Virus record (IMG/VR): IMGVR_UViG_3300045988_014525
DNA: 64,000 nucleotides
Source: a virus
Reading direction: 5' to 3' (one strand)
The notes below the pieces were generated by a model. It was given only the letters and a program-made list of their open reading frames with translations. It was not told the DNA's origin and searched no databases. Shown here in pieces: positions 10,283-19,592 of the stretch. Both the position numbers and the translations under genes were made by a program. How positions within the stretch are numbered: the first letter of the stretch is position 1; every line of letters begins with the position of its first letter.

Positions 10283-11602
10283 TTATTTAGTTTTACGTTT
10301 ACCACCACATCTATATAAATAACTCATCTTAGATAATCTCTTCATGTTTTTATCCATGTTCTTCTCGAACAAATCTACTTGTTCGGGAGTAGCAGACATT
10401 TGAGCAGCAAGACGAAGTTTATCCATTTTCTTTTTATCTCTTCCAAGTTGATAATCTCGAACAGCACCAGTAACACTATCAATCATCGCAGTACGATTGT
10501 TAGCAATCGCTTGAATCTTATCGTTCTCAATTTGAGTAACCATATTATTATGAGCATTAGTAGTTGCAGCATTTTGAGCAGCTACACTTTGACGATTCAT
10601 TGCATCTTGGTTTTGCAATTGAGTCTCCATATTTTCTTTCTCACCTCTAATACGATTACGTTCAGAAAGAGAAGCATTAGAAACTCGTTGACGTCTAGCA
10701 AGACTAGCAACAGAACTAGCAGTATTACCTGCTATATCTCTACGAGTTGTTAATTCATTTTCAGTCACATCTGACAATTGAGGATTAACATTAATAGTAG
10801 TCTTTAGTTTAGCAGGAGCTACTAATTGAGGCTTCTGTGGAGCTTGAATATTATTAATACTAGACTTATTCATAAAGCCACTAATCAAACTTCCAACTGC
10901 ACCAATACCACTACTAATAGCATCTCCATTCTTATCTAGAAACTTAGCAAATTTACTAACTTTCTTTATAGGATTACCATCAGCATCTAATTCAACAGTA
11001 GTTCCTTTCTTAGCAAATCGAGAATTAGTAATACCTTTTTCTCTCTTAAAACTTTCTTGTTCTTTAAAAGCAGAATCAGTTTGCTTAGGATTACTAATTG
11101 CTTTAGCAGCAGGAGAAAGACCACTACGAGTAAGAGGAAGAGTACTAAGAATCTTCATCTCTTTATCTTTCTTATCAATCTTAACAACTTCTCCGGCTTC
11201 TGCTTCGATACTGTTCTTACCTTTACCGATAACAATACCACCTTCATTATGCTTACGACCACGAAGAAGATAAGAGTTATTACCAATAGGCATAGCAGAA
11301 CCACCTTCGGTTATAACTGGCGTTACTCCTTTACGGGGGAGGTTTGCCTTTCCACCTTTCTTCATAAGTTGATTACGAATATCATCATAAACTTCTTCAT
11401 TTTGTGTAACTTGCTGAGTAAGAATACTAGCTTGCTGTTGAGCATTATCCATCTTTTGTCTACGTTCTGCTTCAAGTTGAGCAGCTTTCTCAGCCTTACG
11501 TTTCTTAGCGCCACCGATAATACCACCGATCAATTGAGTACCAACTGAAATAGCAGCACCAATAAACGCTTTAGGTCTTTGTTGTCTAACTGTTGTTACC
11601 AT
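10283..11602 (-). CDS. virion protein (439 aa) with an N-terminal Gly-rich hydrophobic segment and a coiled-coil C-terminal half
   Basis: ORF in the track. The N-terminus reads AFIGAAISVGTQLIGGIIGG followed by a basic stretch. The start overlaps the stop of the upstream gene by 1 nt. Confidence 0.75.
   Translation of the reverse strand: MVTTVRQQRPKAFIGAAISVGTQLIGGIIGGAKKRKAEKAAQLEAERRQKMDNAQQQASILTQQVTQNEEVYDDIRNQLMKKGGKANLPRKGVTPVITEGGSAMPIGNNSYLLRGRKHNEGGIVIGKGKNSIEAEAGEVVKIDKKDKEMKILSTLPLTRSGLSPAAKAISNPKQTDSAFKEQESFKREKGITNSRFAKKGTTVELDADGNPIKKVSKFAKFLDKNGDAISSGIGAVGSLISGFMNKSSINNIQAPQKPQLVAPAKLKTTINVNPQLSDVTENELTTRRDIAGNTASSVASLARRQRVSNASLSERNRIRGEKENMETQLQNQDAMNRQSVAAQNAATTNAHNNMVTQIENDKIQAIANNRTAMIDSVTGAVRDYQLGRDKKKMDKLRLAAQMSATPEQVDLFEKNMDKNMKRLSKMSYLYRCGGKRKTK
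11327..11342 (-). repeat. GC-rich dispersed element copy
   Basis: The plus strand reads TCCTTTACGGGGGAGG. It is sense in the 439-aa ORF in the alternative frame (LPRKG). Confidence 0.9.
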
Positions 11603-14600
11603 TATTCTCTATATTTATTAATATAACATTCAACATTACTTAGTGTAACTTTCGTATCTGTTTGATGAATGATAAAACGAATACCAATATATTTACCATT
11701 AATTAAACTATCTCGTCTATTATAACGAGTAAGTTCAGTAATACGATTCTTATCTTCATCATCTAATATCTCTATTGCATATTTTCCAGTGATTCTTTCT
11801 ATTGGTTCGATAGTCTCAACAGAACGAATTAGATTACGGAAGTAATTAAAGTTCCATTTACCGTGTTCATAATATGCTTTAGTAAGATTAGGAACATTAC
11901 GTTCTTCACTACTAATATCCCATTCAGATGATATGCAAGAGTTTGTAAATATAAGAATTTTATCTCCACTATAATTAATATTACCTAGCTTTCTTATATC
12001 ATAAGTAATATAATTAAGAAGTTTGATTGTTTCAAATTGAAGATTAAATACTATATCTACAACTGCACAATGAGAATCTTTATCACCAAGATAGAATACA
12101 TTCTTATCTGTTGGAATTTTAAATATTCCATAATCAAGATAAGTATCTACTTTAATATCTCCAATACGACCAATAACATTCTTAGAATTATCATTAGTAA
12201 TATAGAGACCAGTCTTAGTATTAAAGTATTTAGCAAAGTAATCGTGATGACTAATCCAAGTATTAGTTATAAAGGAATAAGAAGATGTAACGATAGTATC
12301 TTCCCCCGTAAAGGAAAGTAGCAAGCGATTAGCTTCTTTATCCATGCCTAGATCAATACGAGTATTACTAGTAAGAAATCTATCTATTACTATTTGAATA
12401 CCATCAGTAATATCATTAAGTTGTTTATCATCAAAACGATATATCTTACGTTTACTTCTATCAAAGAATATATAGCCTACTTCATTACAAGTAAAAGAAG
12501 TAAAGTCTTGCAAACCTCCATAACCTTTTTCACTAGTGAATACTTCTTGATATTCAGTATCAAAAGCATCTGGCATATACATTTGTACATCTTTGTCACG
12601 AGTAGCAAGAGTACTATCTCGATTAAAGATGAACATAGAATGTTCACAATGAGCAATAAGATAAACACCTATACCTAAGATATTAATAATATCTCCTTTG
12701 TTCTCACTAATAATTTTATAACCATCAGCAGGAAATTGTCTCCAAGCATTGTTAGTAGATTCGGATTGAATCACATTACTTCTACGAATAAACTTACCAT
12801 AACTTTCTATTTGATTAGAAAGAGCAGTAGGATCATAAGCATTAAGTAAAGGACGAGAATAATCTGTATATCTAGCAGCTAGTTCATAAAGACTATAAAG
12901 AGTAGCAGCAGTAAGTTGCTTATTCAATATGTTCTTAATGATATCTTCGCTATTATCTCGATAACTAAAATATACTTCGGGAACTTTACCTACTTTAATC
13001 TTAGCAGAACGAGGATAACGAACTTGCTTATATATCTGAACTGCATTAACATGCATCATATCACGACCACTAGTATTAGTATTAGGGTCATTAACAAATG
13101 CAAGATAATACTTACCGACTACATTAGCAGGGTCAATAGCATAAATAGGTTGCCATTCTCCTGCAAATTCAACACCACGTCCATCAAACATAAAGATAGA
13201 ACTGAACCTAGTATAACCAGAAACATTCTGTCTTTGTGCATTATTTCCATAACTACTAGTTTCTTTAGTAGTATAGAAATTAGGAGCTAATCTTATTAGC
13301 TTAACGTTATCTTTCTGAATATATAATTCTTGATTAACACGAAGAAGTCTACCAATAGTAGTAGATTTATGTGATTCGCCATTACTATTATTATTTATAG
13401 CAACAGGAGTTGGTTTTCTTCCATTAGCATAGAAACTAAGTTTATAATATTGACCTGCCTCAGTAGATACAAGTTGTGTATATTGAGAAAGAGCAATAAT
13501 AGTAGAATTAGTAACGTCAAGATAACTATTAAGATTATCCATCGTATATTCTTCCGAACTACCGGGAAAACAATCCCAAGTTACATATGTAGAAACATCT
13601 TGTGTAGTAGCTTGATCTCTAGTTTTGAAAGTAGTATAAAGAAGATCTATAAGAATATTAGGAACTCCACCTTTCTTAGTAACGTAAATATCTTCTGAAT
13701 AGAACTGAGTTTCAACAGTATCAACAGATAAACTTTGAAAGTTAGCATTTCTAAGAGTAGTAGAACTAGCTCCAATTGCCATATCTCTATGTTGATCTAT
13801 GATACCATCACCAATAATAATACTATCTATTTCTTCGTAACTAATAAAGTATCCAACAAATCCTTCATACATTGGAATATTATCGAATACAAAGTTTCCT
13901 TTTATTCTATGTGGAGTACGGAACAAACGATCTCCATTATTATTAGTATAAGGACAAAGATAAGTAATTCTACGAGTATTATTAGTTTCAAATCGAGGAT
14001 CAAGATTAAACCAATAGTAATCAACACCTTCAGTTTCAGACATAGCAATAAGCCCTAACTTATCTTTAATAGTACTATCATTATAATTAGGATAAGAAGG
14101 ATTAGTCTTAGCTGCTCTAATGGCTGCAACTACATCAGATACTTTAGTGTCGTCATAACAAGTCATATAGATTGGTCTATCGTACTCGCCAGTCTGAGTA
14201 TTACTATAAGTACCAATAGTTATTTGAACTCCTTTCTTAGTATCGCCAGTACGCATATTATTGTTCTCAATAATAATACCATCTGTATAACTTCCGTCAG
14301 GATAAACATAATGAACGTAGAAACGATAGACTTCATCTTCAATAGGTTTAGCATCTACTGTATAATTAAGAGTATTTCCGTATTCATCTTTTTCTGAATA
14401 AACACCAACTCTAATATTAGAAGTATCTATCTTACTTATATCTAACTTACGACTTTCTTCTTTATAATTAGCAACATATAATCTATTACCATAGTTGCAC
14501 ATTGTTTTAACATTATAAATATTAAAGTTATTAGCAGAATTAAGAACTTCATCTACTGAAAGTTTTTCTAGTACATTACGATTACCAGTAATATGATATT

Positions 14601-15441
14601 TACCACTATCACTGAATTGATAATTACCTAGATTAAATGCTTCTGTTCCGTCTTTATAAGTACAAACATAAGCAATTTGAAATGATTTAAATTTATTGTT
14701 AGTTTTATTATCTATTTGAATATCTAGATCAATGGAACTAGAAGCATAATCAGTATCCTCAGCATAACCATCATTAAGATAATAAGTAGGATCCCAATTA
14801 CGAGTAGTTCCTCTACTACCTTGAAGAGTAATAGAAGAAATAGAACCAGTCTTAAATGGAGCGTCAATATAGATAATAGTTCCTAAATCTTTCCAACTAG
14901 TATATTCATAATTACTAATTTCAAAACGAATAAATACTAGATAAGTTCCAACTCTCATTCGTCCTCCAACAGCAGTTCCACTATCAAGTACTGTTACTTG
15001 CGGAATAGCAGGATTAAGAGTATAAATATCATCAGAACCTAAATCAGCGTTATTTAAGTTTATAACTTTAAGAGGAACGTCTTTATCAGCATTACGCTCG
15101 CTTATAGCTACAATAAGATCACCGCGAACATTATAAGTATAAGTACCGAATACTTCGCCACCATACCAATTCCAAGAATTAACAACTTGATTAAGTTCTT
15201 GTGTTTCTTCATCAAAACGATAAATGTTATTATTATCGCAGAATATAACAAGTTCAGTAGCACAAGGAATAATACCTACAATCTTTATATCTTCATCTAA
15301 AGTAACAATAGTTTCTAAAGACTTTTCATTCTCAATAGAATTACCATCTTTAGAAACTACTATATTCATCGCATGAGTAATAGAACCATTCTTGATAAAT
15401 TCTATTCCATCATCTTTATTTAGTTCTTTGATTATTTCCAT
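11602..15441 (-). CDS. very large tail/virion structural protein (1279 aa)
   Basis: Uninterrupted ORF tightly coupled to its neighbours. Size and position downstream of the fibre genes suggest a tail hub or muzzle-type protein (inference only). Confidence 0.7.
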   Translation of the reverse strand: MEIIKELNKDDGIEFIKNGSITHAMNIVVSKDGNSIENEKSLETIVTLDEDIKIVGIIPCATELVIFCDNNNIYRFDEETQELNQVVNSWNWYGGEVFGTYTYNVRGDLIVAISERNADKDVPLKVINLNNADLGSDDIYTLNPAIPQVTVLDSGTAVGGRMRVGTYLVFIRFEISNYEYTSWKDLGTIIYIDAPFKTGSISSITLQGSRGTTRNWDPTYYLNDGYAEDTDYASSSIDLDIQIDNKTNNKFKSFQIAYVCTYKDGTEAFNLGNYQFSDSGKYHITGNRNVLEKLSVDEVLNSANNFNIYNVKTMCNYGNRLYVANYKEESRKLDISKIDTSNIRVGVYSEKDEYGNTLNYTVDAKPIEDEVYRFYVHYVYPDGSYTDGIIIENNNMRTGDTKKGVQITIGTYSNTQTGEYDRPIYMTCYDDTKVSDVVAAIRAAKTNPSYPNYNDSTIKDKLGLIAMSETEGVDYYWFNLDPRFETNNTRRITYLCPYTNNNGDRLFRTPHRIKGNFVFDNIPMYEGFVGYFISYEEIDSIIIGDGIIDQHRDMAIGASSTTLRNANFQSLSVDTVETQFYSEDIYVTKKGGVPNILIDLLYTTFKTRDQATTQDVSTYVTWDCFPGSSEEYTMDNLNSYLDVTNSTIIALSQYTQLVSTEAGQYYKLSFYANGRKPTPVAINNNSNGESHKSTTIGRLLRVNQELYIQKDNVKLIRLAPNFYTTKETSSYGNNAQRQNVSGYTRFSSIFMFDGRGVEFAGEWQPIYAIDPANVVGKYYLAFVNDPNTNTSGRDMMHVNAVQIYKQVRYPRSAKIKVGKVPEVYFSYRDNSEDIIKNILNKQLTAATLYSLYELAARYTDYSRPLLNAYDPTALSNQIESYGKFIRRSNVIQSESTNNAWRQFPADGYKIISENKGDIINILGIGVYLIAHCEHSMFIFNRDSTLATRDKDVQMYMPDAFDTEYQEVFTSEKGYGGLQDFTSFTCNEVGYIFFDRSKRKIYRFDDKQLNDITDGIQIVIDRFLTSNTRIDLGMDKEANRLLLSFTGEDTIVTSSYSFITNTWISHHDYFAKYFNTKTGLYITNDNSKNVIGRIGDIKVDTYLDYGIFKIPTDKNVFYLGDKDSHCAVVDIVFNLQFETIKLLNYITYDIRKLGNINYSGDKILIFTNSCISSEWDISSEERNVPNLTKAYYEHGKWNFNYFRNLIRSVETIEPIERITGKYAIEILDDEDKNRITELTRYNRRDSLINGKYIGIRFIIHQTDTKVTLSNVECYINKYRE
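12300..12316 (+). repeat. GC-rich dispersed element copy
   Basis: CTTCCCCCGTAAAGGAA. It is antisense in the 1279-aa ORF and is read as SFTGED. Confidence 0.9.
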
Positions 15442-16166
15442 TAGCTTCTCGGTCTAAAAGTTGCATTGAAGAACATAGACGACCAACCACTATAAATGTC
15501 GCCTTGATTATCAATAATAACAGATGCTTTAGCAGCGTTACGAGCTTCTCTCCAAAGATAATATGGATTAACTAATTGATTACCTTGCAGAGAATAAACA
15601 GGATGTTTAGTTCCTCTACTAAGTATCTTCCACATACAATACCATTCTAAAGCAGTAACTAGTTTACCATTATTAGGAATAACAGGAATATCACAATGAA
15701 ATGTATTACTATATACTGACTTAACAGAAAGATATTTAACTGTAACTTTATTTGCATCAAAGTTTAGTTCAATAGAATTACTACTCTGAACATAAACATA
15801 ATTACGATTAGAATCATGTTCTGGATAAGGTTCTACTACACGTCTACTACGTTTAGTATTACTTTTATCTTCTTCAAAGTAATAAGTTCTAGACTGATTA
15901 CAACAGCTCTTAGATTCTTTAGCATTAGGTATTTCACACCCATCTACATAAACACTAAAAGCATTTACACAACAAGGAAATTCAGCGATTCTATCGTGAA
16001 CTTCCACAACCATTTCTTTTTTTTCATATTGAAGGATTCCCATTTCATTCATGGCATCAATACACCAAGCAGCTACACGAGGAATGTAATCACTTGTCAT
16101 TATATTGAAGTCATTATCTAAACGAGCAATTATGCCTTCTATCGGTAATACCTCTTTGTTCATCAT
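15441..16166 (-). CDS. structural-module protein (241 aa), function unknown
   Basis: ORF in the track. The listed start overlaps the upstream gene by 53 nt. The internal Met at 16100 would remove that overlap. Confidence 0.7.
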   Translation of the reverse strand: MMNKEVLPIEGIIARLDNDFNIMTSDYIPRVAAWCIDAMNEMGILQYEKKEMVVEVHDRIAEFPCCVNAFSVYVDGCEIPNAKESKSCCNQSRTYYFEEDKSNTKRSRRVVEPYPEHDSNRNYVYVQSSNSIELNFDANKVTVKYLSVKSVYSNTFHCDIPVIPNNGKLVTALEWYCMWKILSRGTKHPVYSLQGNQLVNPYYLWREARNAAKASVIIDNQGDIYSGWSSMFFNATFRPRS

Positions 16167-17091
16167 TTCTTATATATTTAATAGTATAAGTTTCATCAAA
16201 CTTAACAATCATAGATAGTCTAGCCATAGCATCAATTGGATACTTAATAATATCTTCAATCGAATTACACTTAGACATCATAACTTTACAAGTCTCAACA
16301 GTTCGTTTATTACAAGGAATAAATTTAAATAAACCTCTAAACTTAAAGTTAGCATCTATAAGAACAAGTTGACACCACCACGGACTCTGAAGATAAGCAA
16401 CATATTCAACACCGTTATATGGAACTCCTTTACGCTTAGCAGCAATAGCATCATCGTGATCATATGGAACTTTACCTTCTTCAATAAGTTTAGCTTTGTT
16501 CTTACGAGTTGTTTGCCAATCTATCATCTTCTTTCTTTTAATAAGATTTCCAGTACTATTATAAACGTCACCTCTACGAACTCTTTCAATTAAAGCACAA
16601 CCAAGTTTATTATTGAACTTAACTATCTTACCTCGAAGAACTTCTCTATTAACTTGTTCGTAATATCTATATAGATAATTACGAAACTGTATAAGAGTTA
16701 TATCTTTACGATTCTTAATACGAATCAATAAGTTCTTGCTAGTTTTAAGTTTACCAATAACAACAAAATAACGTTTAAAAGTATTATAAATATCTCCGTA
16801 CTTTAACTGTTTAGCTTCTGAGAACATAGCATAGACTTTATCAACATTGTTTTCTAATCTATGATTAGCATCTGGTTCATCAGTATTCCATTCCCAAAAG
16901 TTATAAAGACAAATACCAAATATACTACGTACTTCGTCTCTACGACTTTCAATATTGAACTTTAGCTTATTTAGTAAAGATGAATAATGATTTATCTTAC
17001 CTAGAGTAAGTTGGTAATCTTCATTACTTGTTTCAATGAAACGTTTATACATATGACGATAATCATATCTATCCATCTTTGGACTTATCAT
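16114..17091 (-). CDS. structural-module protein (325 aa), basic, function unknown
   Basis: ORF in the track, with a 4-nt ATGA-type overlap with the upstream gene. Confidence 0.75.
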   Translation of the reverse strand: MISPKMDRYDYRHMYKRFIETSNEDYQLTLGKINHYSSLLNKLKFNIESRRDEVRSIFGICLYNFWEWNTDEPDANHRLENNVDKVYAMFSEAKQLKYGDIYNTFKRYFVVIGKLKTSKNLLIRIKNRKDITLIQFRNYLYRYYEQVNREVLRGKIVKFNNKLGCALIERVRRGDVYNSTGNLIKRKKMIDWQTTRKNKAKLIEEGKVPYDHDDAIAAKRKGVPYNGVEYVAYLQSPWWCQLVLIDANFKFRGLFKFIPCNKRTVETCKVMMSKCNSIEDIIKYPIDAMARLSMIVKFDETYTIKYIRNDEQRGITDRRHNCSFR

Positions 17092-17783
17092 ACTTCTATA
17101 TCAGGATTTTGATTAATATTATCTTTAACAGGAACTTCATTAGTAATACGTTCTACGTTAAGTAGATTGCGTTTATATATTACATCCTTAATACGTTCAA
17201 CCATATCTTCGGGAATAATAAATTCATTATCGTCTCCACTATTATCGACAATACCTTTATGAGTTTCAATAGGAATTTCAGTAGGTATTTCAAACGGAGA
17301 TTCAATAACAATTGCGCCTAATGAATTAATAAGAGAATTGCCTTGACTATTAATATATAAATAACCATTTATATAATCATAAGTTGGCAACTTACACATA
17401 CCGGGAAGTTCAGCATAAAACTTAGAAGAACTCTCTTTAATAAAAGGAATAGCTAAGTTATCGAATCCAACAGTACGAACACTTAGAAAAGGAAGATTGT
17501 TTTCAAGTCTTACAGGACGAGGAACTCTTTGAGCACTACGTTTGACCTTATACTTTATAGTAACTAAAGATTGAAATATATCTCCATCGGGAACATCAAT
17601 AATACTTATACGATAACGTTGCATAAGTATCTTATCAATAGCTCCATGACGTTCGTAACTTTGACGAACTTGTTCATTAAAAGTATGAATAACAGCAGAA
17701 CGAATTGTCATTCGTGTAACATGATTATTACTTTGATGAACAGCATGAGCTATCTCAGAAACAATTTGATTAATCGAAGCCAT
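17088..17783 (-). CDS. structural-module protein (231 aa), first gene of an operon
   Basis: ORF in the track. It follows a 370-nt noncoding island and has a TATATTTG box 22 nt upstream of the ATG. Confidence 0.75.
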   Translation of the reverse strand: MASINQIVSEIAHAVHQSNNHVTRMTIRSAVIHTFNEQVRQSYERHGAIDKILMQRYRISIIDVPDGDIFQSLVTIKYKVKRSAQRVPRPVRLENNLPFLSVRTVGFDNLAIPFIKESSSKFYAELPGMCKLPTYDYINGYLYINSQGNSLINSLGAIVIESPFEIPTEIPIETHKGIVDNSGDDNEFIIPEDMVERIKDVIYKRNLLNVERITNEVPVKDNINQNPDIEV

Positions 17784-17805
17784 TGTTATAAATATTAGTT
17801 GCTAA

Positions 17806-17813
17806 CAAATATA
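17806..17813 (-). promoter_or_regulatory. Bacteroidota-type -7 box TATATTTG
   Basis: The plus strand reads CAAATATA, 22 nt upstream of the ATG at 17783, after a 370-nt noncoding island. Confidence 0.5.
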
Positions 17814-17919
17814 ACAATTATTTCATCAATAACAAATAGGAATAGTAGAAACACGAACAATAACTCTAATAGTAACAGCAAGACCTAGATGAAAAGGATA
17901 GTTTGTAAAGATAAATTGA

Positions 17920-17965
17920 TGGACGACGCATTTTAAGAAGCGTAGAGACAGGGTTAGTGCAAAGT
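17920..17965. ncRNA. intergenic island B: diverged copy of the island core
   Basis: GACGCATTTTAAGAAGCGTAGAGACA aligns with GAGCCATTTTAAGCCTCGTAGTGACA of island C. Only a 4-bp ACGC/GCGT stem is retained. Confidence 0.3.
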
Positions 17966-18043
17966 CGATTAGTTGTTAAGGTTAAGGCTATGAATTCAAT
18001 GTAGGGCACGAGAGATACTAAATAGAGGGTGTCTTGCTTGTTA

Positions 18044-18066
18044 CTTCCCCCATAAAGGGATGTGAA
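18044..18066 (+). repeat. GC-rich dispersed element copy (variant, G to A in the core)
   Basis: CTTCCCCCATAAAGGGATGTGAA. It is intergenic and forms the left arm of an inverted pair around the 18092-18121 hairpin. Confidence 0.8.
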
Positions 18067-18091
18067 TCGTATATGACTTTTGGATACAAGA

Positions 18092-18121
18092 AGAGCTAGT
18101 ACAATCGGCAGTACTAGCTCT
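18092..18121 (-). terminator. perfect 11-bp hairpin after the membrane-protein genes
   Basis: AGAGCTAGTAC-AATCGGCA-GTACTAGCTCT, 34 nt after the stop at 18155. The trailing T tract is weak. It is bracketed by an inverted pair of the dispersed element. Confidence 0.5.
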
Positions 18122-18125
18122 AAGT

Positions 18126-18144
18126 CACTCCTTTACAGGGGTGG
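18126..18144 (-). repeat. GC-rich dispersed element copy (variant)
   Basis: The plus strand reads CACTCCTTTACAGGGGTGG. It is intergenic and forms the right arm of the inverted pair. Confidence 0.75.
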
Positions 18145-18154
18145 TAACAGCAAC

Positions 18155-18499
18155 TTATTTATCACTGTTGTCTTCTCTCTCAATCTTTCTATAATCAATA
18201 CCAAATCGAACAAGAATAGGTTTAATAATCCAACTCCATGATACAAATGATAGTATTACTGAATTCAATATCATTTTAACATCTCCAAGTTTCAAGCTAA
18301 AATAGATGATTCCGAGGATAAACGCACAAGCAATTGTAATAACTCTTTTAGTCCATGTTTTAACTGGTTTCTGACCATTATTAGCATCAATTGCACTAAT
18401 TACAAGATAAGCAATAACGTTAACGCTGATTACAAATCCAAAATCAAAACTTTCGGCAGTAGTTCTGATTATCTCTTCGAGAAGTGACAGAAAACTCAT
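18155..18499 (-). CDS. small membrane protein (114 aa, about 3 TM segments), holin-like candidate
   Basis: The track ORF is 18155..18532. I prefer the ATG at 18499 (MSFLSLLEE...) because it forms an ATGA overlap with the stop of the upstream 55-aa ORF. It has three hydrophobic stretches. Confidence 0.6.
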   Translation of the reverse strand: MSFLSLLEEIIRTTAESFDFGFVISVNVIAYLVISAIDANNGQKPVKTWTKRVITIACAFILGIIYFSLKLGDVKMILNSVILSFVSWSWIIKPILVRFGIDYRKIEREDNSDK

Positions 18500-18663
18500 A
18501 CGATAAACAGTAACATACCGAACGTTCCACAAAGGATAACGCTAATAACTTTAATCCAAATTAATGTTTTAGCAGGAATCACATCTTTAATCTCTTTGAA
18601 AGCAAAACTAGCTATGACTATCATCAATAGTAGTACGAATAATACTTTAACCACAATTCCCAT
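18496..18663 (-). CDS. small membrane protein (55 aa, 2 hydrophobic segments)
   Basis: Hand translation gives MGIVVKVLFVLLLMIVIASFAFKEIKDVIPAKTLIWIKVISVILCGTFGMLLFIV. It is below the track length cutoff. It is translationally coupled to the next ORF, with a TAACTTTG box about 41 nt upstream. Confidence 0.5.
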   Translation of the reverse strand: MGIVVKVLFVLLLMIVIASFAFKEIKDVIPAKTLIWIKVISVILCGTFGMLLFIV

Positions 18664-18704
18664 GAGTACGATGTTTTTAATGTTTTCTATGTTTCAATGC
18701 GATA

Positions 18705-18712
18705 CAAAGTTA
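18705..18712 (-). promoter_or_regulatory. Bacteroidota-type -7 box TAACTTTG
   Basis: The plus strand reads CAAAGTTA, about 41 nt upstream of the ATG at 18663, downstream of a terminator-like hairpin. Confidence 0.4.
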
Positions 18713-18736
18713 TTTATTATATTGGTATATACAAAT

Positions 18737-18765
18737 AAAGAGAGCTACTTTTTGTAACTCTCTTT
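18737..18765 (-). terminator. terminator-like hairpin
   Basis: The 8-bp stem AAAGAGAG/CTCTCTTT has a 13-nt loop and is followed on the minus strand by ATTTGTAT. Confidence 0.4.
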
Positions 18766-18788
18766 ATATCAGTTAGTTGTAGTAGGTA

Positions 18789-18947
18789 TTACATCTCGTT
18801 GAAGTACTTCCATACCTTGTTGCCATCGAAATCATCATCTTCGAACCAAAAGTCAACAGCACTAGCAATAATCTTTTCATCAAAGTTATTACCAAACCAT
18901 TTCTCAAACAGTTCGCAATAAGTTCGAGCATTATCGCTAATTAACAA
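18789..18947 (-). CDS. possible small acidic Trp-rich protein or gene remnant (no ATG start)
   Basis: The open frame reads (L)LISDNARTYCELFEKWFGNNFDEKIIASAVDFWFEDDDFDGNKVWKYFNEM and ends at 18789. An in-frame TAA lies at 18960-18962. There is no ATG, only a TTG at 18947. It is flanked by two terminator-like hairpins. Confidence 0.25.
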   Translation of the reverse strand: MLISDNARTYCELFEKWFGNNFDEKIIASAVDFWFEDDDFDGNKVWKYFNEM

Positions 18948-18984
18948 TCTGATTAAATCTTAGTAAAAATATACTAGAGTAGCG

Positions 18985-19023
18985 AACAAAATAAAAGGCT
19001 AAGTTGTTTTAACCTAGCCTTTT
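18985..19023 (-). terminator. intrinsic terminator after the 168-aa gene
   Basis: The 9-bp stem AAAAGGCTA/TAGCCTTTT (18993-19001 with 19015-19023) is followed on the minus strand by ATTTTGTT. It lies 27 nt after the stop at 19050. Confidence 0.65.
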
Positions 19024-19049
19024 AAGTGCATACTATTAGAGTTATCGTT

Positions 19050-19556
19050 TTATTCGATTAGTTCATAGTTTTCAATAGAATCAACTGGTGTAGCTCCTTC
19101 TCTTACGGGGGAGGTTTCAGCAATACACCGATAAAGATTACCTTCGTAATTAACGATAGTATTTACTTTAATAACCTTATCAAAGAAAGATTCCCAAGCA
19201 GGATAAAGTTCTTTAAGTTGAAGAGCTTTAGCATTATCGAAATTATATTCGTTAATATGAAGTTTAGCATAACTAATTCCTGCTGCAATAATAAGAAAAG
19301 AATTGAAATTAGTATCAATAGGAACTTCTTGTCCTTCTTCTTCCCAACTCCATTCTTCACTATTAAGAACTTCGGATAGTTCTTGACTATCCCAATAATA
19401 CTTAGTGAGATTTTCTTCGTCTGCTTGAGTAAGAACAGGAGCAATCTGTTCATAACCAATTAGAACTTTAGAACCATCTTTATTCTTTCTCTGATGTGCG
19501 AGAACAGGTAATCCATGACCTATTAACCACGTAACTGTAACAATTACATAAACCAT
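19050..19556 (-). CDS. 168-aa protein, acidic and Trp-rich; possible fibre accessory or carbohydrate-binding protein
   Basis: ORF in the track immediately downstream of the 1593-aa fibre gene. The C-terminal Y-x-G-x-LYRC pattern is weakly reminiscent of small sugar-binding modules. A good terminator follows. Confidence 0.7.
   Translation of the reverse strand: MVYVIVTVTWLIGHGLPVLAHQRKNKDGSKVLIGYEQIAPVLTQADEENLTKYYWDSQELSEVLNSEEWSWEEEGQEVPIDTNFNSFLIIAAGISYAKLHINEYNFDNAKALQLKELYPAWESFFDKVIKVNTIVNYEGNLYRCIAETSPVREGATPVDSIENYELIE
19096..19114 (-). repeat. GC-rich dispersed element copy
   Basis: The plus strand reads CCTTCTCTTACGGGGGAGG. It is sense in the 168-aa ORF (TSPVREG). It shares an 18-mer with the 4707-4724 copy. 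Confidence 0.9.
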
Positions 19557-19592
19557 AATTTAATTAATTTAATTTGTTTCACAATAAATATA

